From the NCBI GenBank assembly GCA_903912795.1, contig CAIWIS010000237.1, positions 15,736 through 79,735 on the forward strand: DNA of 64,000 bases, read 5' to 3'. The notes under the pieces are model-generated. The model was not told where the DNA came from. It did not search any database and was given only the letters and a program-made list of their open reading frames with translations. Shown here piece by piece: positions 33,865-42,175 of the stretch; position 1 is the stretch's first letter; each line of letters begins with the position of its first letter. Source of the stretch: an uncultured Bacteroidales bacterium. GTDB taxonomy: Bacteria > Bacteroidota > Bacteroidia > Bacteroidales > Paludibacteraceae. Both the position numbers and the translations under genes were made by a program.

Positions 33865-34902
33865 ATGTGTAAAATTTTTGTATTAACGAATATGAATAAA
33901 ATTAAAAAAGTTGACAATACTATTAATACGATTATGAATAATCTTGCATATTATGAAAAAGATGGACTAGGCTACACTATTCAAGGGAGTGACGGCATTT
34001 TTGGCGAAAGAAGTACAGACACTAAAAATTTTAGTACTTCATTCGAGCAACCGATGTTAACTTTACCTTTTTTAGAACAATCCTATAACCGCTTTGGAGT
34101 TAAATCTGAAATTATTGGCGGGGGAATATTTCACGGCCGAACATCAACTAATCACAAAAATATAACTAATACGCATCCGATCAATAAACATGGATGGTCA
34201 CTTATTCATAACGGCGTTGTAACCAACCACGGTCCAGAATATAAGCAACACACAACTAACGATAGCGAGCATTTAGTCGAATTAATAGGAACTGTAGGAA
34301 TCAAAGGCATTGAACGCTATTTAACCGGATATTATGCCGCTGCAGCATTTAGTCCAGACAATAAATTGCATATATTTAGAGATAGTATTGCAACGCTTTA
34401 TTTTTGTCATATTCAAAGTATTGATTCGTACGCTATAGCGACAACTATGGACTTATTACAAGACACACTCGCTGAATTAAAATTAAAACATAGCAAAATC
34501 TCAGCAATTAAAGACAATCAATATATTGTGTTAAATAAAAATATTATTGAAAGTGTTCAAACTATTAAACCGAAAGGCCGCACAGCATACGAATCGAAAT
34601 ATTCGGAGTTAAGTCTCGGTCGTAAATTAGACATAACAGAACATATTAGTCAAGAAATGACACTATTAAGTTTAGTTGAAAATGATTCAACTTATACTGA
34701 ATCGCAACTATTATTTATTGAAGAAATAAAAAACTATGCGGATCATACTTACACGTTTTTAGATTTTAGAGGCAATGCTTTGACGCTAGCAGACTTTAAC
34801 GCGTTAGAACTTGACGAAAAATTTATTTGTACGGTAATTAGATCTGACGGCACAGTAGTCAATGCGTATGACTATCATACCGATCGTATTTACATGGGCT
34901 AG
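33865..34902 (+). CDS. class II (Ntn) glutamine amidotransferase-like protein with a C-terminal extension
   Basis: 345 aa. Starts MCKIF (Cys2 nucleophile), with GRTSTN, HPI..HGWSLIHNGVVTNH and NDSEHLVEL. AGGAG SD. Confidence 0.65.
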   Translation: MCKIFVLTNMNKIKKVDNTINTIMNNLAYYEKDGLGYTIQGSDGIFGERSTDTKNFSTSFEQPMLTLPFLEQSYNRFGVKSEIIGGGIFHGRTSTNHKNITNTHPINKHGWSLIHNGVVTNHGPEYKQHTTNDSEHLVELIGTVGIKGIERYLTGYYAAAAFSPDNKLHIFRDSIATLYFCHIQSIDSYAIATTMDLLQDTLAELKLKHSKISAIKDNQYIVLNKNIIESVQTIKPKGRTAYESKYSELSLGRKLDITEHISQEMTLLSLVENDSTYTESQLLFIEEIKNYADHTYTFLDFRGNALTLADFNALELDEKFICTVIRSDGTVVNAYDYHTDRIYMG

Positions 34903-34935
34903 TTGTATTAAAAAATATTAAAAAAAGGGTAAAAA

Positions 34936-35178
34936 ATGAAACCGCTACACTACAAAGGTGAGTTTAGTCTTTTAACTTTGAAAACTGATAATATTGAAAC
35001 GCTAAACACTTTTTTAAAAAAATTAGTGTCAAAACAGCAAGTAATTAAGAGACCATACAAAAGACAATATAAGTTCGCTTTAATACATTTCACCGATCAA
35101 GGACGTTTTACGGACCAAATTTTTGACATGGGTGACAAAATATATTGTAAACCGTTTGACTCTATAATTAGAGACTAA
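34936..35178 (+). CDS. hypothetical protein
   Basis: 80 aa. Confidence 0.55.
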   Translation: MKPLHYKGEFSLLTLKTDNIETLNTFLKKLVSKQQVIKRPYKRQYKFALIHFTDQGRFTDQIFDMGDKIYCKPFDSIIRD

Positions 35179-35180
35179 TC

Positions 35181-35212
35181 ACACATACGCGCGTTTGCGT
35201 TCCTAAAAGGAG
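35181..35212 (+). repeat. (CG)n-CTTTCCTAA junction element, copy A (degenerate)
   Basis: acacATACGCGCGtttgcgTTCCTAAAAGGAG, directly before the ATG at 35221. Confidence 0.7.
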
Positions 35213-35220
35213 ACATATAT

Positions 35221-35469
35221 ATGAGACATTTAGACATAATTAAAGCTTCAAAAAATCAAGATAATAGTTTAATGATTGCCACAATCACCGGAAACAATTT
35301 TGGCGATCAAATAATTGAATTCAGAACTTATGGGATATGTGAAAAGCGAAATGATTTAACATTTTGGGGATATATCACGCAAAGCACTGTAATTAATTGC
35401 GAGGGTGATCACTGGTCACATGATTTTATAATTAAGCACGGTAAACAACTTTATAAAAAAGGAAAATAA
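35221..35469 (+). CDS. hypothetical protein
   Basis: 82 aa, AAGGAG SD inside the junction element. Confidence 0.6.
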   Translation: MRHLDIIKASKNQDNSLMIATITGNNFGDQIIEFRTYGICEKRNDLTFWGYITQSTVINCEGDHWSHDFIIKHGKQLYKKGK

Positions 35470-35471
35470 AA

Positions 35472-35591
35472 ATGAAAACAATTTTTGAATTATTTAATAA
35501 ACAAACTGGCGAAATTATTTTTTTAAATCGAATACAATTTGATAAACTTAATTTGAATAAATTTGTTTTGTTAACTGTCGTCAGTAAATAA
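35472..35591 (+). CDS. 39-aa hypothetical protein (below the track cut-off)
   Basis: The ATG is 2 nt after the previous stop. Followed by AAATAAACGCT, the left arm of the junction element without the CG core. Confidence 0.35.
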   Translation: MKTIFELFNKQTGEIIFLNRIQFDKLNLNKFVLLTVVSK

Positions 35592-35623
35592 AATAAACGC
35601 TTTAAAATAAAGGATGTAAATAT

Positions 35624-35752
35624 ATGTTCAAATTATTTGCCACACGTCAATATTCGACTTATGAACAGTCTTTCATGTCTTGGGTTGACGCTGATATTAA
35701 AAGTAAATTTTTGGCGTCACAAGGCTTTACTGTGACAATAACAAGGTGTTAA
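35624..35752 (+). CDS. 42-aa hypothetical protein (below the track cut-off)
   Basis: AAGGA SD. MFKLFATRQYSTYEQSFMSWVDADIKSKFLASQGFTVTITRC. Confidence 0.35.
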   Translation: MFKLFATRQYSTYEQSFMSWVDADIKSKFLASQGFTVTITRC

Positions 35753-35753
35753 C

Positions 35754-35933
35754 ATGTTTGACTATTATATAGAAATAATATTATTAATATGCATTTTATA
35801 TTTAATATTTGATGTTTATCAAGCGTTTTTCAAACAAGGTGAGTCAATGTCCGATGACGATTTAATGTCCAGATATATTGAACACCAAAGGCGCATACGC
35901 GCGCGTACTTTCCTAAAGGGGAATAAAAAATGA
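35754..35933 (+). CDS. 59-aa membrane peptide, MFD family (below the track cut-off)
   Basis: MFDYYIEIILLICILYLIFD.... Its 3' end translates junction-element copy B. ATGA overlap with the next gene. N-terminus paralogous to 36721-36786. Confidence 0.4.
   Translation: MFDYYIEIILLICILYLIFDVYQAFFKQGESMSDDDLMSRYIEHQRRIRARTFLKGNKK
35890..35921 (+). repeat. (CG)n-CTTTCCTAA junction element, copy B
   Basis: ggcgcATACGCGCGCGTACTTTCCTAAAGGGG; the core TACGCGCGCGTA is a perfect palindrome. Confidence 0.8.
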
Positions 35934-36145
35934 AAGAACTAACACTTTTCGATTTAATGCGTTATACTGATAAGATTAATACGATAAATACGCTATTAAA
36001 AACAACGGACGATACAGAATTGATAGAACAATATGAGGACGAATTATTAGAACTAGAATATATTATAAACCGTGGGATTAAAGTATCTAAACAAAAAAAT
36101 AAGTTTGAACGTATTAAAAACATAGGATTAAGGGTTGTAAAATGA
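35930..36145 (+). CDS. hypothetical protein
   Basis: 71 aa. Confidence 0.55.
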   Translation: MKELTLFDLMRYTDKINTINTLLKTTDDTELIEQYEDELLELEYIINRGIKVSKQKNKFERIKNIGLRVVK

Positions 36146-36351
36146 GTCATATTCGCGCATGTGCTTTCCTAATATCATTAATGCCATCATTTAATGCTTA
36201 CAGTAAACCGACTGTTATAGGCAACGCTGAATTTTGCGCTATAAGCCCGACAGAGATTCATTGTGTCGATCATAATATGAATCAATGTCTTAGAACTTTA
36301 TCATTGTTACGAGACGGTGTAGGATGCGTTAAAAACCCTAGATATAAATAA
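36142..36351 (+). CDS. small secreted cysteine-rich protein (candidate)
   Basis: 69 aa with a signal-peptide-like N-terminus (ACAFLISLMPSFNAYS) and 5 Cys in the mature part. Its 5' end carries the degenerate element copy C (36148-36174). Confidence 0.5.
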   Translation: MSHIRACAFLISLMPSFNAYSKPTVIGNAEFCAISPTEIHCVDHNMNQCLRTLSLLRDGVGCVKNPRYK

Positions 36352-36360
36352 GGATATATT

Positions 36361-36480
36361 ATGAAACATTGTTTAATAATTTTAACTTGTTTATCTGTTA
36401 ATAAAAATTTATTAAATTTAAAAAATATAGCTAATGTTATTCAACCTAAACAACCTGTTATAGTTTTGACTAACAAATAA
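36361..36480 (+). CDS. 39-aa hypothetical protein (below the track cut-off)
   Basis: AAGGA SD. MKHCLIILTCLSVNKNLLNLKNIANVIQPKQPVIVLTNK. Confidence 0.35.
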   Translation: MKHCLIILTCLSVNKNLLNLKNIANVIQPKQPVIVLTNK

Positions 36481-36513
36481 ACGCTATACGCACGCACGCT
36501 TTCCTAAGAGGGG
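36481..36513 (+). repeat. (CG)n-CTTTCCTAA junction element, copy D
   Basis: ACGCTATACGCACGCACGCTTTCCTAAGAGGGG, directly before the ATG at 36519. Confidence 0.8.
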
Positions 36514-36518
36514 ATTAT

Positions 36519-36719
36519 ATGGATAAAACATTTTATGTGATTCGATACCGCACTGAATTAAATTGCTGGACTAGACTGCATCCCAACGGTTTTACATTAA
36601 ACAACGCCAATAACTTTAAAGCTAATTATAAAGTCGATCAATTTTACCTTGACGTGGTGCATGAGATGTGGTTAGATTGTTTAGATGTGTGGCCTGAACC
36701 TGGGTATATGGATAAATAA
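36519..36719 (+). CDS. hypothetical protein
   Basis: 66 aa. Confidence 0.55.
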   Translation: MDKTFYVIRYRTELNCWTRLHPNGFTLNNANNFKANYKVDQFYLDVVHEMWLDCLDVWPEPGYMDK

Positions 36720-36720
36720 C

Positions 36721-36786
36721 ATGTTTGACAATACTTTTTTTATAATGTTAGTTATTGTTTGTATTTATTTAAGTTTTAAAATATAA
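36721..36786 (+). CDS. 21-aa hydrophobic peptide, MFD family
   Basis: MFDNTFFIMLVIVCIYLSFKI. The TAACATGTTTGAC context is the same as at 35750. Confidence 0.3.
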   Translation: MFDNTFFIMLVIVCIYLSFKI

Positions 36787-36795
36787 TTAAAATAA

Positions 36796-36826
36796 ACGCT
36801 ATACGCGCGCGCGCTTTCCTAAGAGG
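36796..36826 (+). repeat. (CG)n-CTTTCCTAA junction element, copy E
   Basis: ACGCTATACGCGCGCGCGCTTTCCTAAGAGG, before the ATG at 36836. Confidence 0.85.
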
Positions 36827-36835
36827 AAATATTTT

Positions 36836-37084
36836 ATGGATTTAACAGGAAAATTTATTAAACATAAAAAATTTATAGATATTTGTATTAATATAACTTA
36901 TATGGATACAAATAATTCAAGTTTAATTATTCATGGTATTTTTTGGAACTTAGGATTTGTTGAAAGTTTTAATATTGGAAAAAAAGTCAATTTGAATATT
37001 ATTAATAAAAATGAATGGCTTATTCTTTCTGATAAAGGCATGAAAGATAAATGTTTTAGGTATTCTAAATGGAGTGAATTATGA
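36836..37084 (+). CDS. hypothetical protein
   Basis: 82 aa. Confidence 0.55.
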   Translation: MDLTGKFIKHKKFIDICINITYMDTNNSSLIIHGIFWNLGFVESFNIGKKVNLNIINKNEWLILSDKGMKDKCFRYSKWSEL

Positions 37085-37284
37085 AAATTAGCGATTTAGT
37101 TGAAATTTTAAATTTTCAAGCTGAAACTAGAGAAGACTTAGATGAAACCAATTTAGATATGTTACAACATGAATATGAAAAAATGTTTAAAAATTTTTGC
37201 GGTCAAGTTCCAATATTTAAAATTATAGATAAAAAAGGAAAAATTTATGTCTATGGATACCTCACGCACATCCCGAATTATTAG
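37081..37284 (+). CDS. hypothetical protein
   Basis: 67 aa, GGAG SD, ATGA overlap. Confidence 0.55.
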   Translation: MKISDLVEILNFQAETREDLDETNLDMLQHEYEKMFKNFCGQVPIFKIIDKKGKIYVYGYLTHIPNY

Positions 37285-37489
37285 TGACGTTTTATTAGAT
37301 TTAGAACCTTTATTATTTGAATTGACGGAAGAACAAGGATTGCAGATGGGTGAAATGTTAGCATTAGTTAAATGTTGGATAGAAATTCATTATCCTGATG
37401 CAATAGAAGAATATCAAAACGGCACACATCCTATATATTATTATGGTCCTAAAGAAAATATGCTTGCATTTGCTAAAAAATTAAAATAA
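37247..37489 (+). CDS. hypothetical protein
   Basis: 80 aa, AAGGA SD; overlaps the previous gene. Confidence 0.5.
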   Translation: MSMDTSRTSRIISDVLLDLEPLLFELTEEQGLQMGEMLALVKCWIEIHYPDAIEEYQNGTHPIYYYGPKENMLAFAKKLK

Positions 37490-37493
37490 AATA

Positions 37494-37527
37494 GTGCTAT
37501 ACGCGCGCGCGTACTTTCCTAAAGGAG
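37494..37527 (+). repeat. (CG)n-CTTTCCTAA junction element, copy F
   Basis: gtGCTATACGCGCGCGCGTACTTTCCTAAAGGAG; the 14-bp core TACGCGCGCGCGTA is a perfect palindrome. Confidence 0.85.
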
Positions 37528-37532
37528 AAAAT

Positions 37533-37796
37533 ATGTCTTATCAAAAAGAAATTCCTTTTAGAGATTATATTATTACGTTTGAATATGACGTAAATGAAGG
37601 TTTAAATCTTTTAAATTGGACCGCGTATGAAGGAAATAACGAAATCACTATTCCTTGTCGCGTTGAATCTGAATTTATTGAAAAACAATTACATAATTGG
37701 TTAGATAATGAATGGTATCATAATGGATCTAATTATATCGAAGACGTTTATATTGATAGAATGGAAAGACGTTTAAATATGTTAGAGGATAGATAA
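37533..37796 (+). CDS. hypothetical protein
   Basis: Uses ATG 37533 (AAGGAG SD). The track GTG start at 37494 would translate the junction element. Confidence 0.55.
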   Translation: MSYQKEIPFRDYIITFEYDVNEGLNLLNWTAYEGNNEITIPCRVESEFIEKQLHNWLDNEWYHNGSNYIEDVYIDRMERRLNMLEDR

Positions 37797-37800
37797 ATAT

Positions 37801-37980
37801 ATGACACAAGAAGCTTTAATTGCTGCAATAGTTTTAGCGTGTAAATTTAATGATGTAACAATTTCTAAAGAAAAAAAAGAAATTTGTATGGAAAATATTG
37901 TAAATTGTGCAGTACTTAAAAATGGAGAAATTTCTTATCAAATTTTTAAGAATTGTGAGAAAAAATGGCAGATCAAATAA
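37801..37980 (+). CDS. 59-aa hypothetical protein (below the track cut-off)
   Basis: Same strand as its neighbours and fills the gap. MTQEALIAAIVLACKFNDVTISKEKKEICMENIVNCAVLKNGEISYQIFKNCEKKWQIK. Confidence 0.4.
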   Translation: MTQEALIAAIVLACKFNDVTISKEKKEICMENIVNCAVLKNGEISYQIFKNCEKKWQIK

Positions 37981-38414
37981 AAATTGGGGATTATATTGAA
38001 GTTTTAATTGATAATCCACATAATTATAAAGAAATTATTGGCGCAAAACTTCAAATAGTTAAAGTTTTTGGTGGCGTATTTAGAGTACAAGGCACAAGTC
38101 ACTATGTTTGGTCTTTTACTAACGAAGACTTTAATAGGGGTTATATAAAACATATTCCTACAAATTTACCTAGCGGCATCAATCCTGTAGCAATGGCATC
38201 AGGTAAAAATGATAATTGGGAAGCTTTAATGGGTATTTATAATAGTGGAGATTGGACTTATGGCAATTGGGAAACGGAAATTACAAAAACTAAACCTAAA
38301 ATTGTATGCGAGTGTGGACAATCTAAAATTGCAGGACATGAGGGTGACCCATGGGACCAACACTCGACGTATTGTCCTATTTACAAAGAAGGCAAAATAA
38401 ATGCAAAAAAATAG
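37965..38414 (+). CDS. hypothetical protein
   Basis: 149 aa. Confidence 0.6.
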   Translation: MADQIKIGDYIEVLIDNPHNYKEIIGAKLQIVKVFGGVFRVQGTSHYVWSFTNEDFNRGYIKHIPTNLPSGINPVAMASGKNDNWEALMGIYNSGDWTYGNWETEITKTKPKIVCECGQSKIAGHEGDPWDQHSTYCPIYKEGKINAKK

Positions 38415-38607
38415 AGTAATTACTAAAAAAGATTTACAATCAATAGCAAGACTTGCACATAATTATTTTATGGATTTAGCAAATAAAGATTTAGATAATG
38501 CAGAATTTATTGCTAAATGTTATTTAGAGGCGTGTTCAGGAATTTTAGGTATTAAAAATTATGAATATGAGGAAAAAATCCCATATATTCCAGCAGATGA
38601 TGAATAA
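38401..38607 (+). CDS. hypothetical protein
   Basis: 68 aa. Confidence 0.55.
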   Translation: MQKNRVITKKDLQSIARLAHNYFMDLANKDLDNAEFIAKCYLEACSGILGIKNYEYEEKIPYIPADDE

Positions 38608-39073
38608 ATATTTATTAAGTTCTTTTATAATTCATTTATTATTTTTATTTCCATTATTTTTATTGAATAATAATAAAATAAACAACGATTCATTTGATAA
38701 TGGAAATGGAATAAATGAAAGTCAAAAAATAAACTCAACTGATGTTGAAATTATTGAAATAAACGAAGGTGAAGGCAAACAAGTTGTGCCTGAAAATTTT
38801 TATTGGGGAATAGGAATAGGTAGTTCTGCAACATTTGAGAATATTTCACCTTATGGATTAGTATTAGTTATTATTGTAACTAGTATTAAAAAAGGTTATA
38901 GTGCATACGATTCAGATTTACAAATTGGTGATAAAATAATTTTAGTAAATAATAATGTTATTTCTAATCAAAACGATATTAAAGGTGATAGTCCTAAAAG
39001 TTTAATATTGACATTAATTAGAAATAATTCTATAATAAATATCGCAATTGATCGAGTTAAAGTTTATTTTTAA
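38597..39073 (+). CDS. membrane-anchored PDZ-like domain protein
   Basis: N-terminal TM helix (LLSSFIIHLLFLFPLFLL). The C-terminal ...GLVLVIIVTSIKKGYSAYDSDLQIGDKIILVNNNVI...LILTLIRNNSII resembles a PDZ fold. Confidence 0.4.
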   Translation: MMNKYLLSSFIIHLLFLFPLFLLNNNKINNDSFDNGNGINESQKINSTDVEIIEINEGEGKQVVPENFYWGIGIGSSATFENISPYGLVLVIIVTSIKKGYSAYDSDLQIGDKIILVNNNVISNQNDIKGDSPKSLILTLIRNNSIINIAIDRVKVYF

Positions 39074-39088
39074 CTAAAGGGGTGAACG

Positions 39089-40048
39089 ATGAGTATATTA
39101 ACTCCTCGTGTTGAATACGGTCCATTTGAATATCCTGAAGCTTATAATTTTTGGTTAAAACAACAAAAATCTTTTTGGTTACATGATGAAGTACAGATGG
39201 CCGCAGATGTTAATGATTGGAAATTAAATTTACTTTCAGTTGAAAAACATATTTTAGGAAGTACATTAAAAGGATTTGTTCAAGCTGAAATTTTTATTGA
39301 AGACTATTGGGCAGCTAAAGTTAGTCGATGGTTTAAAAAACCTGAAATTCAGATGATGTGTCATTCATTTGCATCATTTGAATCAATTCATGCTGTCGGT
39401 TATTCATATCTTGAAGAAACATTAAATATTCAAGATTATAAATCATTTTTAACTGAACCAACGGCTAAAGCTAAAATTGATAGATTAATTAATACTAAAG
39501 GTAAAACTAAAGAAGACATAGCTTTATCGTTAGCAATTTTTAGTGCATTTAATGAAGGAGTTAATTTATTTAGTTCATTTGCAGTGCTAGGATCTTTTCA
39601 ACAAAGAAATTTAATGAAAGGTCTTGGTAAAATTATTGAATTATCAGCTAAAGATGAATCACTTCATTCTGAGGCCGGATGTTGGTTATTTAGAACTATG
39701 GTCCAAGAATTTCCTGAAATTTATACTGATGAATTAAAAAAGAAAATTTATGATGCGGCAAGAATTACTGTTCAATTAGAAGACAATTTTATTGATAAAG
39801 TATTTGAGCAAGGTAATTTACCCAATTTAACTGCTAGTGATTTAAAAAACTACATTAGATTTAGAGCTAATACTAAATTAGCTGATCTAAATTTAAAAGC
39901 TAATTGGAAAAATATTGACAAAGATGCTTTAAATAGATTAGAATGGTTTAATATAATGGTTAGTGGTACTAGTATTCAAGATTTTTTTGCTGGACGTGAA
40001 ACGTCATATTCAAAAGCAATAGCTAATTTTGATGAGGTATGGACTTAA
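39089..40048 (+). CDS. nrdB: ribonucleotide reductase class I beta subunit
   Basis: 319 aa. FESIHAVGYSY, FNEGVNLFSSFA and KDESLHSEAG iron-ligand blocks. Confidence 0.85.
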   Translation: MSILTPRVEYGPFEYPEAYNFWLKQQKSFWLHDEVQMAADVNDWKLNLLSVEKHILGSTLKGFVQAEIFIEDYWAAKVSRWFKKPEIQMMCHSFASFESIHAVGYSYLEETLNIQDYKSFLTEPTAKAKIDRLINTKGKTKEDIALSLAIFSAFNEGVNLFSSFAVLGSFQQRNLMKGLGKIIELSAKDESLHSEAGCWLFRTMVQEFPEIYTDELKKKIYDAARITVQLEDNFIDKVFEQGNLPNLTASDLKNYIRFRANTKLADLNLKANWKNIDKDALNRLEWFNIMVSGTSIQDFFAGRETSYSKAIANFDEVWT

Positions 40049-41778
40049 TGACAGAATTAAATAAACTTAAAGAACTTGGTGAAGCTCCTTCTTTTTTAAC
40101 AGAAGAAGGATTTAAAACTTTATCTAATGGTTATTTATTACCTAATGAAACTCCTAAAAAAATGTATGAACGAGTTTCTAATGCTGCAGCATCAAGTTTA
40201 AATAAACCTGAATTAGCTTCTAAATTTTTTGATATTATTTGGAAAAATTGGTTATGTTTAAGTACTCCAATTGCATCTAATTTAGGGACTAATAAAGGTT
40301 TACCAATTGCTTGTTATGCCTCTAGTGTTCCTGATAATACTATTGGAATTTTTAAAGGTTATACAGAAACGGCTATGTTATCAAAATATGGCGGTGGAAT
40401 GGGTAAATTTTGGGGAAAAATTAGACCTAGAGGTGCTCCAATTTCTAAAGGCGGACAATCTGATGGTGTTGTTAGTTGGTTAAAAATTGAAGAAAATGTT
40501 ATTCAAGCTGTTGCTCAAGGTGCAACACGTCGAGGCGCATCAGCTAATTATTTACCAATTGAACATGACGATAGTGAAGAATTTATTGACATTAGAAGAC
40601 AAACAGGCGACCCTAGTCGTCGATGTTTATCTAATTCATTTCATCATGGTGTAACAATTAAAGATAAATTTCTTCAAGAGGCACTAGACGGTAATGTAAA
40701 AAATAGAGAATTATTTAATAAATTATTAAAAACACGCCTTGAAATGGGTGAACCTTATATTGTATTTTTAGATAATGTAAACAGAGCTAATCCTGCTGCT
40801 TATAAAAATAACGGATTAGAAGTAGAAACATCAAATTTATGTTCAGAAATTACATTATATACAGATGATAAACACACATTTGTATGTTGTTTATCTAGTA
40901 TGAATTTAGCTAGATTTGACGAATGGAAAAATACAGATGCTGTAAATTTATCTATTAAATTTTTAGATGCTGTTATGACAGAGTTTTTAAATAAAGCTAA
41001 AGATATTGAAGGATTTGAAAATTCCGTACGTTTTGCATCTAAATCTAGAGCGTTAGGTTTAGGCGGTCTTGGATGGCACTCTTTACTTCAAAAACGTATG
41101 ATACCATTTGATTCATTTGATGCAATGCAATTAAACGCTGAAGTATTTAGAACTATTAAATATCAAGCCGAACAAGCAAGTAGAGAATTAGCTGAAGAAT
41201 ATGGTGAACCTGAATGGTGTAAAGGTACTGGCATGAGAAATAGTCATTTAACTACTGTAGCTCCTACAGTATCTAATGCTTTAATTTCAGGAAATTTGTC
41301 TCAAGGTATCGAACCTTTAATATCTAATATGTTTTCACAAAAATCAGCTAAAGGCGTTTTTATACAAAAAAATCCTATGCTGCAACAACTTTTAATGGAA
41401 AAAGGTTTAGATACTTTTGAAACTTGGCAATTAATTAATGAAAATGGCGGATCGGTTAGAAACGTAAAAGGTCTAAGTCCTGAAGAAAAAGAAGTTTTTT
41501 TGACAGCTAGAGAAATAAATCAATTTGCTATTGTTCGTCAAGCAGGACAAAGACAACGATTTATAGATCAATCGCAATCGGTTAATTTATTTTTTGCTGT
41601 GCCGAGCGATTTAAATGATAATGAATTGCGTAAAAAACTTGGTAAATATGTATTTGATGTTCACATGGAAGCTTGGCAATTAGGTGTAAAAAGTTTATAT
41701 TACTGTCGAAGTGAATCGCCTTTAAAAGGTGACAGTATTTATAGAGAAGCTTCTGATTGTAAATCATGTGAGGCTTGA
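40039..41778 (+). CDS. nrdA: ribonucleotide reductase class I alpha subunit (short, no ATP-cone seen)
   Basis: 579 aa. NLCSEI active-site block, PYIVFLDNVN, TTVAPTVSNA, and a C-terminal CKSC pair. Confidence 0.85.
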   Translation: MDLMTELNKLKELGEAPSFLTEEGFKTLSNGYLLPNETPKKMYERVSNAAASSLNKPELASKFFDIIWKNWLCLSTPIASNLGTNKGLPIACYASSVPDNTIGIFKGYTETAMLSKYGGGMGKFWGKIRPRGAPISKGGQSDGVVSWLKIEENVIQAVAQGATRRGASANYLPIEHDDSEEFIDIRRQTGDPSRRCLSNSFHHGVTIKDKFLQEALDGNVKNRELFNKLLKTRLEMGEPYIVFLDNVNRANPAAYKNNGLEVETSNLCSEITLYTDDKHTFVCCLSSMNLARFDEWKNTDAVNLSIKFLDAVMTEFLNKAKDIEGFENSVRFASKSRALGLGGLGWHSLLQKRMIPFDSFDAMQLNAEVFRTIKYQAEQASRELAEEYGEPEWCKGTGMRNSHLTTVAPTVSNALISGNLSQGIEPLISNMFSQKSAKGVFIQKNPMLQQLLMEKGLDTFETWQLINENGGSVRNVKGLSPEEKEVFLTAREINQFAIVRQAGQRQRFIDQSQSVNLFFAVPSDLNDNELRKKLGKYVFDVHMEAWQLGVKSLYYCRSESPLKGDSIYREASDCKSCEA

Positions 41779-41803
41779 CATTTAAATTAACATTCGGTAT
41801 AAT
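41775..41803 (+). promoter_or_regulatory. sigma-70-like promoter TTGACA-17-TATAAT
   Basis: Read directly from the sequence, overlapping the nrdA stop. Confidence 0.6.
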
Positions 41804-41956
41804 ATATTTAAGAAAGTGGAGTATTGGATTTAAAGGTAATTGGTATTTTTAAATCATACGAGCCTTACTTCACTTTCTTTTTAACGCCCCCAAAAGCCCC
41901 TAATCAGTTGTTTCCCTCCTTTTAGCTGGTTAGGGGTTACCTTTATAAGGATTGTT

Positions 41957-42175
41957 ATGAAACAATATGATATAACTAAAGATTATATTATGAATAAAGA
42001 ATTGTCTCATTTTGATAATTATAATAAATATGATATTATGGGTATTGAATACGATTTAAATTCATTATTAAATGATAATGAAATTCCTTATGATATTAAA
42101 TTAAAAATAGCTGATAAATACGATGGTGTTATTAAATATATTAAAATTAAATTACTTGAACGCGGAGAATTATAA
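41957..42175 (+). CDS. hypothetical protein
   Basis: 72 aa, AAGGA SD. Confidence 0.55.
   Translation: MKQYDITKDYIMNKELSHFDNYNKYDIMGIEYDLNSLLNDNEIPYDIKLKIADKYDGVIKYIKIKLLERGEL

Noticed and set aside
37834-38019. 61-aa minus-strand ORF.
   Set aside because: It lies opposite a block of plus-strand genes, and a same-strand 59-aa ORF (37801-37980) fills the gap without conflict.
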